A stretch of 49,820 nt of DNA from IMG/VR virus record IMGVR_UViG_3300014824_000003; one strand, given 5' to 3'. Below, one piece after another: positions 15,108-22,606 of the stretch. Every line of letters begins with the position of its first letter. Positions within the stretch are counted from its first letter, which is position 1. The stretch is from a virus. The notes under the pieces were generated by a model, which did not search any database, had not been told where the DNA came from, and saw only the letters and a list, made by a program, of their open reading frames with translations. The position numbers and the translations under genes are program-made.

Positions 15108-15659
15108 ATGAAAAAGAAAGTGGTGATTTTTATGTCGATTCTGTCAATTTTTGCTGGTCTGACCGGTTGCGGCAAATCAAAAGAACCGGTCGAAAGCAAT
15201 AAGGAAAGTGAAGTTGTCAGTGAATCAGCCGTCCAAGAATCCGAGCAGACGGAAGAAGCAACCGAAGCGGCTCCGGAAGTTGAACATCGTACTGGTGACG
15301 CGATCGTCGGCGTAAGCGATAAAGATATTTCAGATCTTGATCCTGTATTCTGGAAAAGTGTTGTTAATGACGCAACCGGAAAGTGGCGCTATGCTACTAT
15401 TTCCGACGATGTAAATATTTCGGATTATGCGTTATCGTATTACAAGGAATATTTCAAGTCTGACGACGAAGTTCACGCAATTATAAACTTCGCCAATAAA
15501 ACAACAACGCGTATCAACTGTGGCGGTGATCGTCTTCTTATTAGCGTACTGGACTATGTAGACGGTGAAGAACATGACGCGAAGAAAATGTTCGGCGGAA
15601 CTCCGCTGGAATCTTATTGTGTTTACCTGGATAACGGGGATATTGAAAAGACGGAATAA
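15108..15659 (+). CDS. Lipoprotein (candidate superinfection-exclusion moron)
   Basis: Signal peptide with lipobox LSIFAGLTG-C. Lies between the repressor and the integrase. Confidence 0.7.
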   Translation: MKKKVVIFMSILSIFAGLTGCGKSKEPVESNKESEVVSESAVQESEQTEEATEAAPEVEHRTGDAIVGVSDKDISDLDPVFWKSVVNDATGKWRYATISDDVNISDYALSYYKEYFKSDDEVHAIINFANKTTTRINCGGDRLLISVLDYVDGEEHDAKKMFGGTPLESYCVYLDNGDIEKTE

Positions 15660-15683
15660 GGTATTTTGTAACCGAATAAAAAC

Positions 15684-15715
15684 AGCCGGTCAACGACTGC
15701 AATCATCGACCGGCT
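15684..15715 (+). terminator. Hairpin AGCCGGTC...GACCGGCT after the lipoprotein gene
   Basis: 8-bp stem, 16-nt loop, weak T tract. Confidence 0.4.
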
Positions 15716-15721
15716 TTAATA

Positions 15722-15835
15722 CCAGGCAACCGAAAAACGGCCTTCTGATATTGGAAATAAGCACCCTATATTATAGCAAAGAAGGCCGGAAAAATCAATC
15801 GGCTTTCTTTTTTATACCCTTTTTTCGGTGCCTGG
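15722..15835. repeat. Nested inverted repeats upstream of the serine recombinase gene (attP or regulatory candidate)
   Basis: Outer arms CCAGGCAACCGAAAAA (15722-15737) and TTTTTCGGTGCCTGG (15821-15835). Inner arms CGGCCTTCT (15738-15746) and AGAAGGCCG (15780-15788). Confidence 0.5.
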
Positions 15836-15850
15836 GGAAAGGGGCTATTT

Positions 15851-17857
15851 ATGGCATACGCCAAAGCGAAAAAACACCTGAAAATCTGGACGAAGAAAAA
15901 GGCGGCGTTATACGTCCGCGTTTCCACCAGATACCAGGTCGATAAAGACAGTCTTCCGTTCCAACGGAAGAAATTAAAAGAATATTGTAAATTTCTAGGG
16001 CTTGAAGATTATGTAATTTTTGAAGACGACGGATATTCAGCAAAGAACACGGAACGTCCGCACTTTCAAGAAATGATGTCACGCGTCAGATCCGGCGAAT
16101 TTTCACACCTGATCGTGTGGAAGGTGGATCGTGTTTCCCGAAATCTTCTGGACTTCGCGGCAATGTACCAGGAATTAAAAGATCACAAGGTCACGTTTAT
16201 TTCGATGAACGAACAGTTCGACACTTCAACCGCGATCGGTGAAGCTATGCTTAAAATCATTCTGATTTTTGCGGAACTTGAAAGAAACATGACGTCCGAA
16301 CGTGTAACCGGAATCATGCTGGATCGTGCCGAACAAGGATTGTGGAACGGCGCACGTATGCCGGTTGGTTATCGTTGGAACAACGAAACAAAGTTCCCTG
16401 AACCGGATCCGGAAGAAGTGAAGATCGTTCAACTTATCTTTGACAAATACGAAGAATGGAAATCAAGCATAAAAATAGCGCGATACCTGAATAACAACAA
16501 TTTCAAGTCAAAGCGCGGCGGCCAGTGGACTTCGAAGCTTATCCACGATATTATTCGGAATCCGTTCTATATCGGAACATACCGCTATAATCTGCGTGAA
16601 TCCGGGCGCGGCCCATTGAAGCCGGAAAGTGAATGGATCGTCCGTGAAAACAATCACCCGGCGATCATTGACAAGGCGCAATTTGACCGGTGCAATAAGA
16701 TCATGGATCAGAACGGATCCAGCCGCGACACGTCCGATCTACGCGCCAGGAAGTACGTTCACACATTTTCCGGACACCTGGTTTGTGGCAAGTGCGGCGC
16801 TAATATGATCGCGTCGAAGGATCGCGCCAGAGCGAACGGCTGGCGGCCGTCAATGTATCGTTGCGCCCAGCGTTCCCGAATGTTGGATTGCGACAATTCC
16901 AGGACGATAAATGAATCTTATATCGGGCCTTTTATATTTAATTATATCGCGAACCTTGCCAGGGTTCAGAAGAATTTTAAGAATATAACCACGGTTGAAA
17001 AGCTGGAAAGGGAACTTCTGAAAGGTGAAACGTTCGACGGTGTGGCCGGAATACTTCCGGAAGGCTTAAATTTGACCTTCCAGGCACTTTCTTTTCGTCA
17101 GGTAGGGAATGGAACCTATATTCCGGATGTTGACTTCCTGGGCGATTCTGACGGCGCCAGTGACCGCGATCAGATCGAATTGTTGAAGTCAGAAATCGAG
17201 AAGTCAAAAAATGCTGTCACCAGATTAACGGACGTTTATCTGTTCGATCCGGATTCCATGACGAAGGAAGAATTCGCCACAAAGAAAAAGGAACTGTCAA
17301 AGAAAATTGAAGGCATGGAACGCCAGCTTGCGGATCTTCTGGACGATTCCGGGAACGATGATCTGGCCGACATGTCATTTATCAAGAAGGCTTCCGCGTT
17401 CCTGGTGGCTCAAAGGATCGTTTCAAAATCCTTCGTCGATTATGTCGGCATGGCCCAGGAATTAGACAACGAAATCCTGAAAGACTTTATCGACCAGATC
17501 GTCGATCAGATCGTCGTCCTGGACGGCCGTGTCCAGTCAATCACGTTCATAAACGGATTAAAGCACGAATTCCGGTACGCAACGCCGGCGGAATTGCCAG
17601 TGTGTCAGAAATGCGGCGGACGTATCGGTTCAACGTGCGGCTGTCGGACAAGGACGTTCGATTTCTCCGGTAAGCGTTACCAGCGAATAAAAGTCGGTGA
17701 TCCGCGCGACACGCTTCACGGGAAGAAGAATCCGGTTTGTCCGGAATGTTTCGCCCATGAAGGGCGCTGGCACCATTGGAATTGCAAGATTGAAACGTGT
17801 CCGATCTGTGGCGGACGCCTGGCGGAATGTGAACACGGGCCGAATGGTAAGAAATAG
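15851..17857 (+). CDS. Large serine recombinase (integrase) with an extra C-terminal Cys/His-rich module
   Basis: Resolvase domain ALYVRVSTRYQ...DGYSAKNTERP...VWKVDRVSRN, recombinase domain, zinc ribbon CGKCG...C, coiled coil, then about 90 aa with 4 CxxC pairs. Confidence 0.85.
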   Translation: MAYAKAKKHLKIWTKKKAALYVRVSTRYQVDKDSLPFQRKKLKEYCKFLGLEDYVIFEDDGYSAKNTERPHFQEMMSRVRSGEFSHLIVWKVDRVSRNLLDFAAMYQELKDHKVTFISMNEQFDTSTAIGEAMLKIILIFAELERNMTSERVTGIMLDRAEQGLWNGARMPVGYRWNNETKFPEPDPEEVKIVQLIFDKYEEWKSSIKIARYLNNNNFKSKRGGQWTSKLIHDIIRNPFYIGTYRYNLRESGRGPLKPESEWIVRENNHPAIIDKAQFDRCNKIMDQNGSSRDTSDLRARKYVHTFSGHLVCGKCGANMIASKDRARANGWRPSMYRCAQRSRMLDCDNSRTINESYIGPFIFNYIANLARVQKNFKNITTVEKLERELLKGETFDGVAGILPEGLNLTFQALSFRQVGNGTYIPDVDFLGDSDGASDRDQIELLKSEIEKSKNAVTRLTDVYLFDPDSMTKEEFATKKKELSKKIEGMERQLADLLDDSGNDDLADMSFIKKASAFLVAQRIVSKSFVDYVGMAQELDNEILKDFIDQIVDQIVVLDGRVQSITFINGLKHEFRYATPAELPVCQKCGGRIGSTCGCRTRTFDFSGKRYQRIKVGDPRDTLHGKKNPVCPECFAHEGRWHHWNCKIETCPICGGRLAECEHGPNGKK

Positions 17858-17859
17858 CA

Positions 17860-17890
17860 CAAGGGGCGTTCTGCCCCTTGCTTTTGTTTT
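17860..17890 (+). terminator. Terminator CAAGGGGC-GTTCT-GCCCCTTG followed by a T-rich run
   Basis: 8-bp perfect stem followed by cttttgtttt. Confidence 0.65.
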
Positions 17891-17891
17891 A

Positions 17892-18035
17892 TTAACAATT
17901 CCCATTTACTACCGGTTTGACGATCTCATAATCAACGAATGTCTTCGCCATGATTTCGGCCAAATCCTTATCTATTCCCTGGCTGATTAAGTTTTCCTTA
18001 TATGCTTTCTTTGCTTTCTTCTCTGCTGTTGTCAT
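17892..18035 (-). CDS. Small protein (47 aa, MTTAEKKAKKAYKENLISQGIDKDLAEIMAKTFVDYEIVKPVVNGNC)
   Basis: Hand translation. Driven by promoter cassette copy A with SD AAGGAAAGGCGG. Confidence 0.5.
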   Translation of the reverse strand: MTTAEKKAKKAYKENLISQGIDKDLAEIMAKTFVDYEIVKPVVNGNC

Positions 18036-18048
18036 TTTTTATTTCCGC

Positions 18049-18098
18049 CTTTCCTTAACTTCTGATTATATTATACACTCTAAAGTGTAATATGTCAA
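18049..18098 (-). promoter_or_regulatory. Promoter-operator-leader cassette, copy A
   Basis: TTGACA-17-TATAAT with palindrome TACACT-N4-AGTGTA (18074-18089). 47/50 identical to copies B and C. Confidence 0.7.
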
Positions 18099-18140
18099 GT
18101 AATTCTATATATTTTATTTACAAATTTCACTTCAAAGTGA

Positions 18141-18169
18141 AAAAAGCCGCCATTTCTGGCGACTTTTTT
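18141..18169. terminator. Bidirectional terminator hairpin GCCGCC-ATTTCT-GGCGAC flanked by A6 and T6
   Basis: Read directly; ends the 20337-18168 minus-strand operon. Confidence 0.6.
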
Positions 18170-18719
18170 ATTTGAAATATCCGCGTTCGACCTTTGATTT
18201 CAGGAATTCGTTTATTTGCGGCGTTTTGTAACCGGAAGAAATACGTTCTTCGCAATATGCCATAATGTCAAGGGCGGTTTTTTTATAAGTCGATCGGATC
18301 TGTTCTTCTGTTGCGTATTCGTCCCGAATGTATCTTGTCATAAAAAGCACAATGTCTGTATGGCAACAAGGACAAGTTGAGTATGGCTTGACCTTTGTTA
18401 TATCGTCGTGGCCGAACGGGCCGATCTCGTATTTTGATACATCTATCGACATTTTCCCGGTTCTGTTTGTGTAAATGACGGAAACTTTCCAGCCGAAAAC
18501 GATTTCTTCATCGTCCGAAGTTTCGAATTCTTCAACAACGCAATTATGTATTTCTGCGTATAATTCCGCCTTTCTTTTATCTCGGAATACGCCCAAAATC
18601 GAAGCGTCGTAAGGATCGCCTGGAACAACAATATAAACCTTTATAGTTTCATAATTCGATGGATTTTTATAAACACCTGGAATATATTTGTTTTCTTTAT
18701 TTACCATATCTTCGGCCAC
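18168..18719 (-). CDS. Hypothetical protein (183 aa)
   Basis: ORF track. Confidence 0.55.
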   Translation of the reverse strand: MAEDMVNKENKYIPGVYKNPSNYETIKVYIVVPGDPYDASILGVFRDKRKAELYAEIHNCVVEEFETSDDEEIVFGWKVSVIYTNRTGKMSIDVSKYEIGPFGHDDITKVKPYSTCPCCHTDIVLFMTRYIRDEYATEEQIRSTYKKTALDIMAYCEERISSGYKTPQINEFLKSKVERGYFK

Positions 18720-18970
18720 ACTTCCCCGGCAATCGGAACGCCTTCGGTGTGCCTTTCGATGTAAGCTTCACGATTGCGCGCTTCTATGTTTCCAGCGGAA
18801 GTATAGTTGAAATCAGCGTCGAATTCAGTTCCGCAAGCGATACATTCCCAGGAAGCCGTTGTGTCTGGCCCTTGATAGAATCCGGCCGATCGAAGGGCCG
18901 CGCCTTTTCTTTTCAAGATCACCATTCCGCCGCATAGTGGACATTTCTTTTTGTCATATAATGCCGACAT
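18701..18970 (-). CDS. Zinc-ribbon protein (89 aa)
   Basis: CPLCGG...CIACG. Confidence 0.55.
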   Translation of the reverse strand: MSALYDKKKCPLCGGMVILKRKGAALRSAGFYQGPDTTASWECIACGTEFDADFNYTSAGNIEARNREAYIERHTEGVPIAGEVWPKIW

Positions 18971-19245
18971 TATTCTTCACCTTCTTCGTAGTAATAGCGA
19001 TCGTGAATTTGCGAAATGGTTATGTCGCTATTTTGTGGAACAGTCACGGTCAAATCACAATCCGTCATAAAATCTTCATTAGTGCAAGTAATAAATCCAC
19101 ATTCCATAGATCCAGCGTCTTCCTTTCGCTTCCTTCGCTCTGTCAGATCACCGTTTCTTTTTATTCCGTATATGTTCGTGTATTGACATAACATATTATA
19201 TTCCAACTTTCCGCCACATATCGGACATTTATTAAGAATCTTCAT
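18970..19245 (-). CDS. Zinc-ribbon protein (91 aa)
   Basis: CPICGG...C...C. SD AAAGGGAAAGTGA. Confidence 0.55.
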   Translation of the reverse strand: MKILNKCPICGGKLEYNMLCQYTNIYGIKRNGDLTERRKRKEDAGSMECGFITCTNEDFMTDCDLTVTVPQNSDITISQIHDRYYYEEGEE

Positions 19246-19537
19246 TCACTTTCCCTTTCTTCAAAAGTTTTTTATATCTTCTGGAAGTTTTCAGAATTTC
19301 ACATTCAAGTTCCGGATCCCACCATCTATTATCCGGGCGGAACTCACATTCATTACACGGCCATTCGTTGGATCCGTTTTTCAATCCAGGGCAACCGCGA
19401 CATTCGATTATCATTCCACTTGAATTTATTTCTGGTTGAATAAGGAAGTTAATAATAACCGCTACGATAAATATAATAAATATGGCAATCGGGGCGCCAA
19501 TGATAACGCCGGCAATAATCAAAATCGTTTTTATCAT
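19232..19537 (-). CDS. Membrane-anchored Cys-rich protein (101 aa)
   Basis: TM helix ILIIAGVIIGAPIAIFIIFIVAVIINFLI followed by CRGCPG...CNEC. SD TAAGGCGGTGG. Confidence 0.55.
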   Translation of the reverse strand: MIKTILIIAGVIIGAPIAIFIIFIVAVIINFLIQPEINSSGMIIECRGCPGLKNGSNEWPCNECEFRPDNRWWDPELECEILKTSRRYKKLLKKGKVNEDS

Positions 19538-19549
19538 AGTTCCACCGCC

Positions 19550-19831
19550 TTAATGCCTGGATATTTCCCAGGGTTCGGAAGTATATCGATTTATGAAGTC
19601 GTTTACATTCTTCGCGTATTCTTCCAGTATCTCTTTTGATTCTTCGATTGCTCCAGGAAGTGATTCGGCTTTAAGCTTTTGGCCGTCAATTTGAAGCTGG
19701 GCGCACGATAGGAACCAGCCGTCCAGGTGAATAATTCTGTGGATCGTGACCGTGATTCCGTTCGTCGTTGTGTAGAATATTGTTCCGGTTTCAACCGGCT
19801 TTCTATAGCTTGAATTACTGATAAATTTCAT
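19550..19831 (-). CDS. Hypothetical protein (93 aa)
   Basis: ORF track; SD GGAAAGGAAAA. Confidence 0.5.
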   Translation of the reverse strand: MKFISNSSYRKPVETGTIFYTTTNGITVTIHRIIHLDGWFLSCAQLQIDGQKLKAESLPGAIEESKEILEEYAKNVNDFINRYTSEPWEISRH

Positions 19832-19870
19832 GTTTTCCTTTCCGGGAAAAGCCTTGAATTTACAAGAAGA

Positions 19871-20095
19871 TTACAACGTCTTTTTTACTCGCACGATAGG
19901 ACACCCGAAAGTTTGAGTAAAAAAGGTCATGGGACGTCCCAGTTCTTCGGATTTTTTCTTTACCCAGGAACGGGCTTTCGCCATAAAATAGAACTGTCTG
20001 TTCGGCTCAAATTCCGGTGCTGGCTTGCTTATGTCTACGGTGTCAAGATCTAAGTCTTTCAGATTGTCTATATATCGTAAATCTATTAAATTCAT
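19871..20095 (-). CDS. Hypothetical protein (74 aa)
   Basis: ORF track; SD GAAAGGGAAA. Confidence 0.5.
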   Translation of the reverse strand: MNLIDLRYIDNLKDLDLDTVDISKPAPEFEPNRQFYFMAKARSWVKKKSEELGRPMTFFTQTFGCPIVRVKKTL

Positions 20096-20118
20096 GTTAT
20101 TTCCCTTTCGATTTGATT

Positions 20119-20337
20119 TTAGAATTCTTCGCCGGATTCCTTATCCACGAAAATGATCTTAAATTCGCAATTAAGGAATTCCGCGATCTGTGACAATTCC
20201 GATTCCTTGAAATCGTCACGTTTTAATTTGTTCGAAAAGTTCTGGCGCGTCTGCCCCGTCCCTTCTGCGACTTCTCCCATTGTTACGCCGCGACGTCCAA
20301 CAATCAGGCGGATCTTTTCGGCTGTTGTCATTCCCAC
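20119..20337 (-). CDS. Small HTH regulator (Cro/Aca-like), divergent from cassette B
   Basis: 72 aa with HTH-like VTMGEVAEGTGQTRQNFSNKLKR. Its own promoter overlaps a TACACT half-palindrome. Confidence 0.55.
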   Translation of the reverse strand: MGMTTAEKIRLIVGRRGVTMGEVAEGTGQTRQNFSNKLKRDDFKESELSQIAEFLNCEFKIIFVDKESGEEF

Positions 20338-20369
20338 GAAAACACCTTCTTTCTTAAATTGATATATGT

Positions 20370-20398
20370 ATTTTACATTTTACACTTTATAATGTCAA
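20370..20398 (-). promoter_or_regulatory. Promoter of the HTH operon (TTGACA-17-TAAAAT) overlapping a degenerate operator
   Basis: Minus strand has TTGACA at 20398-20393 and TAAAAT at 20375-20370. The site TACACTttatAATGTC lies at 20381-20396. Confidence 0.55.
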
Positions 20399-20445
20399 GT
20401 TGAAATAAATATTTTATTTTTTAATTGTTTTCTTTACATTATATA

Positions 20446-20495
20446 TTGACATATTACACTATAAAGTGTATAATGTAATCAGAAGTTAAGGAAAG
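20446..20495 (+). promoter_or_regulatory. Promoter-operator-leader cassette, copy B
   Basis: TTGACA(20446)-17-TATAAT(20469), palindrome TACACTataaAGTGTA at 20455-20470. 50/50 identical to copy C. Confidence 0.7.
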
Positions 20496-20508
20496 TGAGG
20501 AATTAAAA

Positions 20509-20958
20509 ATGTTAGATAAGAACGGAAAAGAAATGGTAACTGGTTGTGTGGTAGAAATCAAAAACGCATACTTCAAAACAGATAACGGACTTTACTTCAT
20601 TGAAAAGTCGCCGGAAGAACTCGGCTGGCTCGGAAGTGATTATTGTCTTCTTAAATTAAAAAGAAACGGTCAGTTAAGCACCGCAAAGAAAAATATTTGT
20701 TTCTGGCCGATTATGTCATTCGTAAGTGATCGAATGAAATCCATTGAAGCCAACGCCTGGAATAAAGAACATGCGACAATCGAAGTCAGAACAGACATTG
20801 ATCGCCAGTATATCAAGGAATACTTCAAGGAAGAAGCCGAACGTCTGGATCCGATGATCGAACACATGAAATATAATTTCGGTGAAGATCACCCGGAAAC
20901 AATTAAACAGATAAAGCTTCGCGATCATCGAATGGAAGTCAGCGATTCAATCCAGTAA
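20509..20958 (+). CDS. Hypothetical protein (149 aa)
   Basis: ORF track; SD AAGTGAGGAAT. Confidence 0.6.
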   Translation: MLDKNGKEMVTGCVVEIKNAYFKTDNGLYFIEKSPEELGWLGSDYCLLKLKRNGQLSTAKKNICFWPIMSFVSDRMKSIEANAWNKEHATIEVRTDIDRQYIKEYFKEEAERLDPMIEHMKYNFGEDHPETIKQIKLRDHRMEVSDSIQ

Positions 20959-20963
20959 ATGAA

Positions 20964-20987
20964 GGGCGGCCAGTGCGCCGCCTTTTA
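20964..20987 (+). terminator. Terminator GGCGGC-cagtgc-GCCGCC followed by TTTT
   Basis: Read directly. Confidence 0.6.
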
Positions 20988-21053
20988 TACACTTTATAAT
21001 GTAATATAGAAATAATATTTTTACATTTTTATTATTTTCCTTTACATTTTTAC

Positions 21054-21103
21054 TTGACATATTACACTATAAAGTGTATAATGTAATCAGAAGTTAAGGA
21101 AAG
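21054..21103 (+). promoter_or_regulatory. Promoter-operator-leader cassette, copy C
   Basis: TTGACA(21054)-17-TATAAT(21077), palindrome at 21063-21078. An upstream half-site TACACTttatAATGTA lies at 20988-21003. Confidence 0.7.
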
Positions 21104-21116
21104 GCGGTAAATAAAA

Positions 21117-21341
21117 ATGACGAAATTTGAAATCGGAAAAACTTATTCAATGCGTAGTATCTGCGATCATGATTGTGTGTGGACTTACACCGTAACAGCC
21201 AGAACGGCGAAGACAATCACCATTTCGGACGGTGAAAAGGTTCAGAAGTGCCGGATCATCAAGGCGGCTTCTGAATACAGAAACGCCGAAACCGTATATC
21301 CACTGGGCCAGTATTCAATGGCCCCGGCATTAACAGCATAA
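21117..21341 (+). CDS. Hypothetical protein (74 aa)
   Basis: ORF track; SD AAGGAAAGGCGG. Confidence 0.6.
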   Translation: MTKFEIGKTYSMRSICDHDCVWTYTVTARTAKTITISDGEKVQKCRIIKAASEYRNAETVYPLGQYSMAPALTA

Positions 21342-21389
21342 TATTTTTTAAGCCGGCGGCCTGGCGCCGCTGGTGGAAAGGTTAAGTAT

Positions 21390-21794
21390 ATGAGAAGAAA
21401 ATATAATAGAGAACAAAAAGAGTATATCGAAACGAAGAAAGCCCTGGAAGCGTTGGAAGCCAGGGAAAAGGAAATGGAAGCCGCTTTCGTGAAAAGCCTG
21501 GGTGTTGTAAACGAAGACGGAACGGTTCCTTCTCGCACATGGGCGATTGATGATGATTCGATCGCGGATCAGGCAATCGACGACTTCGGCGCACTCGTTG
21601 AAGACTGCGGACTGTGGGCGGAATTATGCAAGGCGAAGGAAGAATTTCAGGCGGCGGAAGAAAAACTTGTGAATTACGCGATTTCGCTTGTGCCTTGTAG
21701 GCGTGAACGTGAAATCTTAACAACTTCGGCTTCTAACTTGAAATACCGGATCAAGATCATAGAAACGGTTATGAAGTTCGATTCAACACTTTAA
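21390..21794 (+). CDS. Hypothetical acidic protein (134 aa)
   Basis: ORF track. Confidence 0.55.
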   Translation: MRRKYNREQKEYIETKKALEALEAREKEMEAAFVKSLGVVNEDGTVPSRTWAIDDDSIADQAIDDFGALVEDCGLWAELCKAKEEFQAAEEKLVNYAISLVPCRREREILTTSASNLKYRIKIIETVMKFDSTL

Positions 21795-21831
21795 CATTTG
21801 CGGCGGCTCCGGCCGCCAGGAAGGAAAGACA

Positions 21832-22062
21832 ATGGAAGAATGGAAAGAAGCTCTTGAAGCGGCTGTGAATAAAACAATAGGCGCCTGGAATAAGGCAAGT
21901 GAAGCCTTCTTATCTCACAATCAGAAAGGTTTTGAACACTGGCACAACGAATTTAATAGATATGTGGAAACTTTTTCACATGCGATCGGAATTCCGGAAG
22001 AAGATTTTATTTCTTACTTGGAAGAAAAAGGACTGTATAGAACAGAAAAGAAAGGTGAATGA
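21832..22062 (+). CDS. Hypothetical protein (76 aa)
   Basis: ORF track; SD AGGAAGGAAAG. Confidence 0.55.
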   Translation: MEEWKEALEAAVNKTIGAWNKASEAFLSHNQKGFEHWHNEFNRYVETFSHAIGIPEEDFISYLEEKGLYRTEKKGE

Positions 22063-22316
22063 ATATGTATAAGAATTATTTCGATGAATTAAAGGTTAGG
22101 CTTTTTGAATCTTGTGATTGGTGCAATAAACAAGCGAACGACGGAGATCGGAACCGAAATCATGTGAACTATGGTTCTGCTTCTGCTATCGCCCGGATCA
22201 TGACGGATTTCGGCCACAACGTACACATTCCAGTCTGGGACGACAACGGATTCCTTCGGATTCCGAAAATTGTAATTGACGGCGAAGTGTTTATTGATTT
22301 TGAAAAATCAGAGTAA
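22059..22316 (+). CDS. Hypothetical protein (85 aa); the last codons run into iteron array 2
   Basis: ORF track; ATGA-type overlap with the upstream gene. Confidence 0.55.
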   Translation: MNMYKNYFDELKVRLFESCDWCNKQANDGDRNRNHVNYGSASAIARIMTDFGHNVHIPVWDDNGFLRIPKIVIDGEVFIDFEKSE

Positions 22317-22367
22317 ATCAGAGATAATCAGAGTTTATCAGAACAAATCAGAATATATCAGAAATAA
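22308..22367. repeat. Second centromere-like iteron array, inverted relative to 10891-10970
   Basis: tcagagtaaa tcagagataa tcagagttta is the exact reverse complement of the 30-bp super-unit of array 1. Three degenerate TCAGAA units follow. Confidence 0.85.
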
Positions 22368-22373
22368 AAAGAA

Positions 22374-22414
22374 CCCACACAAGCCCCGTAAATCGGTTTT
22401 ACTGCTTGCGTGGG
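22374..22414. terminator. Long hairpin CCCACACAAGC...GCTTGCGTGGG; the T run is better on the minus strand
   Basis: 11-bp stem with one mismatch and a 19-nt loop. The minus strand continues TTCTTTTTATTTC. Confidence 0.5.
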
Positions 22415-22606
22415 TATTTCTTCGTCAAAAATCATTTAGGGCGAAATCCGGGCAAATCCGGAAGCCTGGCGGCCATTTTACGACCGATTATCCAGGTGGA
22501 TTTTCAGAAGAATTTTGTTCCCCCCTTAAACCCCCTTCCCTCTGCGCCATTGTATCACATATTTTCTAAACTGTAAAGTGTATTTTGTAAATTATATCAC
22601 TTACAA

